This document shows positions 53,150 to 64,000 of a stretch of 64,000 nt of DNA, piece by piece. Location of the stretch: NCBI GenBank assembly GCA_951406725.2, contig OX597826.1, forward strand, positions 49,662,001 through 49,726,000. The letters run 5' to 3'. This DNA comes from Octopus vulgaris (taxonomy: Eukaryota). A model generated the notes under the pieces. It was not told the DNA's origin. It saw only the letters and a program-made list of their open reading frames with translations, and did no database searches. The translations under genes were made by a program, and so were the position numbers. Every line of letters starts with the position of its first letter. Position 1 is the first letter of the stretch.

Positions 53150-53505
53150 CAGGCGTGACTGTCTGGTGAGAAATTTTTTTTTGCAACTATTTTGGTTTGG
53201 GGTTCAGTCACACTGAGTAGCACCTCGAGCAGGTGTCATCTTCTATAGTCGACCAAAGTCTTATGAATGGATTTGGCAGACAGAACCTGCAATAAGTCAG
53301 TCGTGTATGTGTGTGTGTGTATGTGTCTATCACCGCTTGACAGTCGGTGTGTGTGTGCTTACGTCCCCGTAACTTATTGGTTCGGCAAAAGGGAGCCGAT
53401 AGAATAAGTACCAATCCGAAATATAAAATACTGCGGTCGATTCTTCAAGGCGTTTGCCCCACCAGGGTCATAGTTCTAATGAATAAATCAAATAAAAAAT
53501 AAAAG
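53150..53505 (+). mobile_element. Degenerate SINE family B
   Basis: ggttcagtcacactg..atttggcagacag..acgtccccgtaactta..gatagaataagtacc. Confidence 0.75.
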
Positions 53506-53832
53506 ATACTCACGACCACAATACACGGCACCTCTCCAGACCAAGCAACGCCACGCCATGCCAATCTGCGCTATGCTACGCCACTTGTATGTCTGAGCTC
53601 CGGAGACTAATCGAGACTCATCCATCATCGTTGTAAATCTTCCAGCCGATGTCAACTTAACCTGTACTAACCCAACCCCTACTTTTTGCCTTTAGTTACT
53701 GTCTGTCCTCCACACACCATCACACACACACACAATTAATGGCTGGTGTTTTATTTTTTAAAACCCCAGGACAGCTATTCGTTTCATTGGACAGCTAGAT
53801 AGATAATAATTTCAAGGCAATGTACGCATAAA

Positions 53833-53910
<78 letters not shown>

Positions 53911-54055
53911 GAGTGGGTGGAACGGATGGATGGATGGATGAGTGGATGGATCGATGAATCAATGGATCGACGGATCGATGCATGGTTGGATGGAAGGATG
54001 GATGGAAGGATGGATGGGCGGACCGATGGTTGTATGCACATCCATAGGTAGGTAG

Positions 54056-54114
<59 letters not shown>

Positions 54115-54209
54115 TAGACAGCCACACATACGGACAGATAGATAGAGTGGATAGGTAGACACCTACGTACGTACATACATACGTAAGTAGACAGACATAC
54201 AAATAGAAC

Positions 54210-54278
<69 letters not shown>

Positions 54279-54605
54279 CGACGGTTACTACATGAACGAA
54301 TTTTGTTCATAGGTCTGCTGGATCAGATGTGAGGCAAACAACAACAGGAACAATAAGAATGAAAATCGCAACAAGAATGACAGTTCTTTCGCAGGTGATA
54401 AAATTCATATAACTTTGAACCAACTTATGGCAATGTTCACTGACGTGTTTGGGCCAGGAGAGTCAGGCAACAAATTTAAATTTTTTGCCAATATCTTGTC
54501 TGAAAGCCCATTTTAACCCCCAGCAATTCGTGCATGTTCGTTAATTGTCTCCCTTGATGCGCCATCAACTCGAAGTAATATCATATGCGAAATGATCAGA
54601 GATAT

Positions 54606-54663
<58 letters not shown>

Positions 54664-55186
54664 GGTGATGGTGGTGGTGGGGGGTAGTTCTTCCAAAGAT
54701 GAAAGAGGTGAAGGTGATAACGATAGTGTTACAAAATGAAGAAGGCTAGAAGTGATGATGTCAGTGACGAGGTACTAGTGGTGGTGGTGGTAGTGGTGGT
54801 GGTGGTAGTGGCGGTGGTGGTGGTGGTGGTGGTGGTTTTGGTGGTGGTGGTGGCGGCGGCGGCGGCGGCGGTTCTTGCAATAATAGGGAGAAGGAGCAAA
54901 GAAGAAGAAGAAGAAGAAGAAAAGAGATTGATGAAGGTAATGGCGTCAGTAATAGTAACAGCAAGAACAATATTTAATATGTTGTCTGATTTATAGTAAA
55001 AGTCTCAGTTTACTAAAGCCGCCATTAAAAATCGTGCGTGTATTCATACATACATACATACATACATATTTATATATAGTATGAATACACAAGCATGTGT
55101 GCGTGTGTGTGTTTGCGTGTTTGCCTGGTTGTAGATGTATACATGTGTGTATGCCTGACTCTGTGTGTGTATGAGTGTATGAGTGC

Positions 55187-55252
<66 letters not shown>

Positions 55253-55325
55253 ACATATTTCAGTAACCGCTCCACACAAACTCAACACACATGCACGCAC
55301 TCATGCATCTACACATACGCGCGCA

Positions 55326-55364
<39 letters not shown>

Positions 55365-56544
55365 GTCACATATATATGCCTTTGTAAATACACACGCATC
55401 CACAAACGCACACGCGTAGGCCAACACACATAAACACATACACGCATCCACACCACACACAAGCACACTCACACACACACACACTTATATATACACATAC
55501 ATCCACATACCGACATACGCACACATACATATGAACGTTAATGCACACACATCCGCACATATTCACACGCACACATACACAAATAAATATGCGCACAAAC
55601 ACACATCTATAAACATTCACATCCACATATATCCACACATACACATACACACATACACACACGCACACACACACGCACACACACACACACACACAACCCC
55701 GGCCCCACCCCCACATCCAACCCATACAGTACATACAACTGTAATATGTGGCTACGTCTCAGATTCAGTCGCTGCTATTTGATATCAGGGAGTTGAGTGC
55801 AAGTTTTCGCCCACGAATAATTTCAACGACAGCCAAGTTCCCTTCCCCCCAAAGCCCCTTAATTCCTTACTTTCTCTCACTCTAGGACCGTTTTGATAAA
55901 TCTGGTCCCTACCATTTCAAGGGCTAATAGGCGACCTTTAACCCTAATGTTTTGCAGTAAACGCTATATTTCCCGCCCCTTCTTTTCCCTCTGATCCATA
56001 CAAACTACGATCATATTTTACAAAGACAGTTGTTAGTGTTTTAGGAGAGGGCAGGGGTTGAAGGTGTTGACAGGGGTGGCAGGGGTTGGCAGGGGTTGGA
56101 GGATTGGGCTTTGGGGAAGTGGAAGGTGGGGATCTCCGTTTACTTATGAAGGGGGTGCGTTCCTCCCCCTTTTTTTTTTGTTAAATCCCGTTTGGTATAT
56201 TTTCGATTTTCGATCTTCCTGTGGATCGATATACAAAAAAAAAAAAATCATAAGTACCAATTAAGTATCGATTCCAATGAATTTCTGTCTTCTACACACC
56301 GATAAAAAATATTGAGCCTTGAAATTGCTTGTGTTAGTAATCATCATCATCCTCATCATCATCATCATCAGCCACATCATCGACGTCGTCGTAGTCATTG
56401 TTGTCTTTATCGTCATCATATTTAATAATATGTTTTTTGGCCATTGTAGCCATCATCATCATCATCATCATGATCATCATTATCATCAATATTATTACTA
56501 ATTTTGTTATTGTGTTGTTTATATTGTCATTTTCATTGATTGGT

Positions 56545-58170
56545 TCAGGGTCGATAAAATAAAGTAGCAGTCAAGTACTATTGTCAATGTAATCCACTAA
56601 CCCACATTCCAGATTTCTGATACTGTGCCTAAATTAGAAACAACGGTAAGAATAGTGGTTTCATTATTACTTCTCCTAAGGCGGCGAGCTTGTAGAAACG
56701 TTAGCATGCCGGGCGAAGAGCTCAGCGGTATTTCGTCTGCCGAAGGCGGCGAGCTAGCAGAATCGTTAGCACGTCGGGCGAAATGCTTAGCGGTATTTCG
56801 GCTGCCGTTACGTTGTGAGTTCAAATTCAGCCGAGGTCGACTTTGCCTTTCATCCTTTCGGGGTCGATATATTAAGTACCAGTTGAGCACTGGGGTCGAT
56901 ATAATCGACTTAATACCTATGTCTGTCCATGTTTGTCTCCTCTATGTTTAGCCCCTTGTGGGTAATAAAGAAATAGGTATTTCGTCTGCCGTTACGTTCT
57001 GCGTTCAAATTCCGCCGAGGTCCACTTTGCCTTTCATCCTTTCGGGGTCGATAAATTAAGTACCAGTTACGCACTGGGGTCGATGTAATCGACTTAATCT
57101 CTTTGTCTGTCCTTGTTTGTCTCCTCTATGTTTAGCCCCTTGTGGGCAATAAAGAAATAAGAAACGTTATCACGCTGGGCAGATTACTTAGCGTCATTTT
57201 GTACGTCTTAACATTCTGTGTTCAAATTCTGCCAAGGTCGACTTTGCCTTTCATCTTTTCGGGGTCGAAAATTAAGTGACAATGAATCTCTAGGGTCGAT
57301 GCAACTGACTAGTCCCCTCCCGCATAAATTTCCGACCTTGTGCCTATAGTAGAAAGGATTATCACTTCTCCTAACGCGGTCAGCTGGCAGAATCGTTAGC
57401 ATGGTGGACTAAATGCTCAGCGGTATTTCGTCTGTCTTTACGTTCTGAGTTCAAATTCAGCCGAGGTCGAGTTTGCCTTTTATCCTTTCGGGGTTGATAA
57501 ATTAAGTACCAGTTATGTACTGGGTCAATCTAATCGACCACGCCCCTCCCCCCAAATTTCGGGCCTTGTGCCTAGAGGAGAAAAGAATCGTTAGCACGCC
57601 GGGCGAAACGCTTAATGGCATTTCGTCCGTCCTTACGTACTAACCCCAAATCCAGCTGAGGTTGACTTTGCCTTTCATTCTTTCACGGTCGGGATTGATC
57701 ACTGGCGGTCGATGTAATTCACTAGCCACCCACCCACCCGAAGTTACTGGCATTGTGCCAAAATTTGAAACCATTATTACTTCCCCTAAAGGCGGCAAGC
57801 TGGCAGAATCGTTAGCACGCCGGGCGAAATGCTTAGCGGTATTTTGTCTACCGCTACGTTCTGAGTTCAAATTCCTCCGAGGTCGACTTTGCCTTTCATC
57901 CTTTCAGGGTCGATTAAATAAGTACCAGTTACGCACTGGGGTCGATATAATCGACTTAATACCTTTGTCTGTCCTTGTTTGTCCCCTCTATGTTTAGCCC
58001 CATGTGGGTAATAAAGAAATAGGTATTTCGTCTACCACTACATTCTGAATTCAAATTCCGCTGAGGTCGACTTTGCCTTTCATCCTTTCGGGATCGATAA
58101 ATTAAGTACCAGTTACGCACTGGGGTCGATGTAATCGAATTAATCCGTTTGTCTGTCCTTGTTTGTCCCC
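56545..58170 (+). mobile_element. Same-strand array of about 8-9 SINE family A copies, nested and head-to-tail
   Basis: Repeated consensus. The nested copy 56743-56975 has the 16-bp TSD GGTATTTCGTCTGCCG. Confidence 0.93.
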
Positions 58171-58227
58171 TTGTGAGTGGATTTGGTAGACGGAAACTGA
58201 AAGAAGCCCGTCGTATATATGTATATG

Positions 58228-58258
<31 letters not shown>

Positions 58259-58636
58259 GTGTGTGTTTATGTGTTTCTGTTTGTCCCACTCCAACGTCGC
58301 TTGACAACCGATAGTGGTGTGTTTACGTCCCCGTAACTTAGCGGTTCGGTAAAAGATATCGATAGAATAAGTACCAGGCTTACAAAGAAAAAGTCCTGGG
58401 GTCGATTTGCTCGTGGCCACAGTCAAATGACTGAAACAAGTAAAAGAGTGAAAAGTATATATACATACAACGGGCTTCTTTCAATTTCCGTCTACCAAAT
58501 CCACTCACAGGGCTTTGGTCGGCTCGAGGCGAGGTTATAGTAAAAGATACTTGCCCAAGGTGCCACACAGAGGGACTAAACTCGGAACCATGTGGTTGGG
58601 AAGTAGCCTTCTTACCACACAGCCACTCCTGCACCT
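58171..58636. mobile_element. SINE B body fused to a SINE A tail (+), followed by an inverted SINE B 5' half (-)
   Basis: ..GTTTGTCCCCTTGTGAGTGGATTTGGTAGACGG junction. 58465-58636 is a reverse-orientation head. Confidence 0.85.
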
Positions 58637-58837
58637 ATATATATGTATACAAGGTAAATTTCCAATTAGATTGGTAGGGGTATACAATCCTAGCGGGTAC
58701 TATATACACTTTTACCGGTTAATAATGCTAACCTCCGTGAGTGTAGAAAAACTCGTTTCTTTATTTAACTAACTTTAGCAGATCTTCACATCGGTAAGTC
58801 CAGACAGACAGACAGACACACAGACACACAGACACAC

Positions 58838-59027
<190 letters not shown>

Positions 59028-59357
59028 GCAGACAGATTGTATTATATAAACTGAGCTAGGAAAGACGTTTGAGACACTGAATGAAGGAGATATTCAGAGA
59101 GTGAGAGTGAGAGACAGAAAGAGACAGAAAGAGAGAGGAGAGGGACAACATTTGAATGGCGGGCGCAAGAGAGAAATGGAGTAACTATATTATACGTTGT
59201 GTCGTATAAATTCACTAATTCAAAAGAGAGTCAGTCAAGATAAGAACTTACACACGTGATCAAATTATTCGCTGTCACCCCTATCGCATCAACATCTACA
59301 CCAGCCTCATATATCATCTGCTTACGGCACCGCCATCTTAATCCCAGTGAAGTGACG

Positions 59358-59393
<36 letters not shown>

Positions 59394-59461
59394 CGGGACA
59401 GCAACATGCATGTATATCGCACTATGTTTGTGAGCGTAGCGCGTGTGTGTGCATGTATATG

Positions 59462-59559
<98 letters not shown>

Positions 59560-59606
59560 TGTATGTGGTTGTCTACATATGAACGTGTATAGTACTTATA
59601 GATAGG

Positions 59607-59699
<93 letters not shown>

Positions 59700-59935
59700 C
59701 CATTCATAGAGATATACTATTTTGTGTTTATATACACAATCTGTATGCATGTGTATGTGTGTGTGTGTGTATGTATGAGTACGCAAGTTTCTATGTTGCC
59801 TGTGTGCGTGTATAGCAGTAGAAAATCTCTCTACTTGTTCAGTCTCCAGGGTAAAAAGATATGAGAGAAGGATAAGATGTTGTTGCTTTTAGACACAGAA
59901 TGAAATAAGTGTATGCGGCTATGTATATGTGTGCA

Positions 59936-60004
<69 letters not shown>

Positions 60005-60372
60005 TTGAAAATAGCTGCACAGTAGAACGACAAAGGAATTTACGTGGAAAAAGAAAAATATAAAACAAATGAAAGCAAACATTCTCTATCCTCGTCAGCT
60101 GTCAATCAAATATTATCACCATTTCGACACCTAACTATACGTTAGCGAGTTAGCGCTTCCATGTATGTAAATTACAAAAACATTACAAAGCAGGTCGATG
60201 GCTTGTACTTTTACCTGATAGGACACCTCCTTCAGGAGATATTCAGAGTAAAGGTTTTGTTAGCTGATTTCTTTCTTTTGTTGTGTGTGTGCGAAGTATT
60301 GTCCTGTGTAGCTAAACAGCTACACATACTACAGAAACGAAGAGTCAGATAAAGACACCTTTACTCCGAACT

Positions 60373-60410
60373 TTTCCTGAAGAAAGGGTCATAACCCTGA
60401 AATATTGAAA
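60373..60410 (+). ncRNA. Minimal type I hammerhead ribozyme motif with intact core (Penelope-type)
   Basis: UUUC-CUGAAGA-A-AGGG-UCAUAA-CCCU-GAAA-UA-UU-GAAA: 4-bp stem I, CUGANGA, 4-bp stem II, GAAA, palindromic AUAU stem III, AUU triplet. Confidence 0.7.
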
Positions 60411-60696
60411 TACCCGGTAATAGTTCTAATCACCGGACTGCATTATTTTTATGATAAGCTTCTGGTATTGCTAACTTAAAGGGAGCGTTTTGGTAGTTAT
60501 ATATGCTAATATACTCAAACATATATACTTATACATACATATAAATGCACACATATATGCATATATCTATCTTTCTATATATATATATATACATATATAC
60601 ATATATACAAACATAAATATACATATACAGTATATATATATGCACGTATATGTATATGCATACATATATATATACACCTTATATACACATACATAC

Positions 60697-60745
<49 letters not shown>

Positions 60746-60835
60746 AAAAATGGTGAATAATTTTTCAGTGGTTTTTCATACAACCAACAATTATTTACCG
60801 GTAAATTTCGGTATGTAAATATGACAATTTCATCG

Positions 60836-60876
<41 letters not shown>

Positions 60877-61001
60877 CCCACTAGATTGGGAGAAAGCGCT
60901 AATCCGAATGATATGATCTGAATGATATGATATATATGTAAAAAATGTAATATATAAATAAATATCTACAAATATGAACCACCTGATCTGATTACCTCAT
61001 T

Positions 61002-61061
<60 letters not shown>

Positions 61062-61525
61062 AAGACGATAACGAATAGAGCCATAAACAACAATGAGAAA
61101 TGGATCATTGGTGTTACAAAGTCATTATTTAATTAAGATGAGGATATGTTTACAGCTGTATCAGTATATCTAGCTGGGGTAAATTTGCATTTACCTCGTT
61201 GCAATTGAGGAACGATAATAGGGCAAAGATAAATAGAAGGAAAATAGAAAGAAAATGTGAGGAAGAGAAAGGAAAAGTGGAAAATGCTCGTTAATTCTTA
61301 CCATCTTTATATATATTAAACCACGGTTTTACCTTTTAAATTACCTACTGCGGCATACCTTATAATAACAAGGGGCATACACACTGAGGTAACACTAGGA
61401 GTGCCTATGGATACATCTATCCCGTAGATGGTTACATTACCTCTGACACATATATGTATGTATATACATATACACGCATATATACACATATACACATATA
61501 GTATGAATGCATGTCTATGTGTTAG

Positions 61526-61619
<94 letters not shown>

Positions 61620-61628
61620 TACGCACAT

Positions 61629-61845
61629 AGGCGGCGAGCTGGCAGAAATGTTAGCACACCGGGCGAAATGCTTAAAGGTATTTCGTCCGTCTTTACGTTC
61701 TGAGTTCAAATTCCGCCGAGGTCGTCTTTGCCTTTCATCCTTACGGGGTCGATAAATTAAGTACCAGTTGCGTTCTGGGGTTGATCTAATCGACTGGCCC
61801 CGTCTCCCAAACTTTCAAGTCTTTTGCCTAAAGTAGAAAAAGAGG
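61629..61845 (+). mobile_element. SINE family A copy
   Basis: Near-consensus copy. Confidence 0.9.
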
Positions 61846-62157
61846 ATACACACACACACACACACACACAATACATGCACCCATACACATATATGATTGT
61901 GTGAGTGTGTGTGTGAGCATGTGTGTGTATGCATATGTGTGAATGTATGTATGTGTGTGTGTGTAATCATCTTCATCCTTCTCATCATTATCGTTACCCA
62001 TCACTTCTCCAACATCATCATCATCATCATCATCATCGTTATATTATTCATCGTCGTCATTATCGTCGTCTTCTTCGTCGGTGTTACCATCTTTCGAATC
62101 GATACTAAAGAGGATCATTAGGCACAGAAGTTAATCACTGCTATCTATTTATGTATA

Positions 62158-62549
62158 CTCTTTTACTCTTTTGACTGCGGCCATGCTGGAGCACCGCCTT
62201 TAGTCGAGCAACTCGACCCCGGGACTTATTCTTTTTGTAAGCCCAGTACTTATTCTATCGGACTCTTTTTGCCGAACCGCTAAGTGACGGGGTCGTAAAC
62301 ACACCAGCATCGGTTGTCAAGCAATGCTAGGGGAACAAACACAGACACACAAACACACACACATACATATATATATACATATATACGACAGGCTTCTTTC
62401 AGTTTCCGGCTACCAAATCCACTCACAAGGCATTGGTCGGCCCGGGGCTATAGTAGAAGACACTTGCCCAAGATGCCACGCAGTGGGACTGAACCCGGAA
62501 CCATGTGGTTGGTTAGCAAGCTACTTACCACACAGCCACTCCTGCGCCT
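62158..62549 (-). mobile_element. Full-length SINE family B
   Basis: Very similar to 14372-14792 (shared aagcccagtac, ccgctaagtgacggg and ggcattgg variants). Confidence 0.93.
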
Positions 62550-62933
62550 ATGTATCTATTTATTCATTTATTTATTTATTTATTTTTTTATGCATTTATT
62601 TATTTAATTTCTAGTCCCGGCAAACAATGCCACTATTTATTTCTAACAATCTCTATGTCTTATTTAATGCTGGTTTGTTGTTAACGGCTTCCTACGTCTG
62701 TTTGCATATGCAAACAGTGTGTGGACGTATGATGGGTATGAGTGGGAGGGTGGTTACACCGAAGAAAGGGAGGGTGGAAGAGCGAGAGTGGGAGGGGAAA
62801 AGAAATTGGAGATAACAGAGAGAGAGGGGGGGAGAAGAAAGAAAGAATGAAAGAAAAAAGAACGAAAGACAGGGATACAAATAAAGCAAGCAAGAAAGAA
62901 TGAAATGAAGGAGATAGGTATATATATATATAT

Positions 62934-62973
<40 letters not shown>

Positions 62974-62993
62974 GATAGATAGATAGATAGATT

Positions 62994-63046
<53 letters not shown>

Positions 63047-63184
63047 ATGGATAGAGAGATAGATATGCATATATATTTGTAAATATATATATATATGTCT
63101 TATATGCACATACGCATATATTTATACGTATGTGTGTGTGTATATATATATATTTACAAATATATATGCATATATATATATACA

Positions 63185-63265
<81 letters not shown>

Positions 63266-63429
63266 TATATATATATATACATGCAGGCATTTATACGTAT
63301 GAAGATATAGATAGATAGAGAGAGAGAGAGATCAGAGTGAGAGAGAGAGAAAGAAATCAGAGAGAAAGAGAGAGAGAGATCAGAGAGAGAGTGAGAAAGA
63401 GAGGGAGAGTGAGAAAGAGAGAGATCGAG

Positions 63430-63463
<34 letters not shown>

Positions 63464-63629
63464 AAGGTGTAATGTCTTCTGTTTAGATTTCTTTGACGAA
63501 AGAAAGTTGGCAGAAGTTTTCATTAGATTACAACCTTGATACTTGTGATTTTGCTGTTATTATTACTGCTGCTACCGCTGTTGTGTTGTACCAGTTGCCT
63601 CTGTTTCAGCAGAACAAAGACATATACTG

Positions 63630-64000
63630 TGTATGTGTGTAGTAGTATGCATGTATGTATGTATGTATGTATGTATGTATGTATGTATGTATGTATGTAT
63701 GTATGTATGAATGTATGTATGTATGTATGTATGTATGTATGCATGTATGAATGTATGTATGAATGTATGTATGTATGTATGAATGTATGTATGTAGTAGT
63801 ATGCATGTATGTATGTATGTATGTATGCATGTATGTATGTATGTATGTATGAATGTATGTATGTATGTAGTAGTATGTATGTATGAATGTATGTATGTAT
63901 GTATGTATGTATGCATGTATGTATGTATGTATGTATGTATGTATGCATGTATGAATGTATGTATGTATGTAGTAGTATGCATGTATGTATGTATGTATGT
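63630..64000. repeat. (TATG)n array with periodic TAGTAG interruptions
   Basis: Directly visible. Confidence 0.95.

Noticed and set aside
55838-56125. ~19-bp imperfect inverted repeats as MITE TIRs
   Set aside because: Low-complexity C/G-rich arms and no TSD seen.
56545-58170. CRISPR-like or satellite array
   Set aside because: The units are ~200-bp SINE copies with TSDs, there are no unique spacers, and the context is eukaryotic.

Overview
This is a eukaryotic, extremely microsatellite-rich, essentially non-genic window. The SINE families and repeat density strongly resemble an Octopus (cephalopod) genome, which is an inference from recalled repeat consensus sequences. Almost all ORFs in the supplied track are translations of simple repeats. 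The real content is: (i) dozens of copies of two tRNA-derived SINE families (here A and B), plus single copies of two others; (ii) at least six decayed R4/Dong-like, restriction-like-endonuclease (REL) non-LTR retrotransposon pieces sitting in (TAA)n or (TACA)n arrays; (iii) RTE, CR1 and CR1/jockey-like LINE relics, including an RTE 3' end with three C2H2-like fingers; (iv) a dead DD37D (maT) Tc1/mariner transposase and a Merlin-like MITE; (v) short (TA)n-flanked, often palindromic Penelope-like modules carrying minimal hammerhead ribozyme motifs, one of them apparently intact at 60373-60410. The only host-gene candidate with any support is a possible terminal exon at 77-305. The most interesting signal is a nested retroelement ecosystem: SINE B carries an internal microsatellite that repeatedly acts as a landing pad for Penelope/hammerhead modules, SINE A self-inserts via 3'-tail microhomology, and REL LINEs partition different microsatellite targets. 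Repeat coordinates are approximate (about +/-10-20 bp) unless a TSD or motif is quoted.
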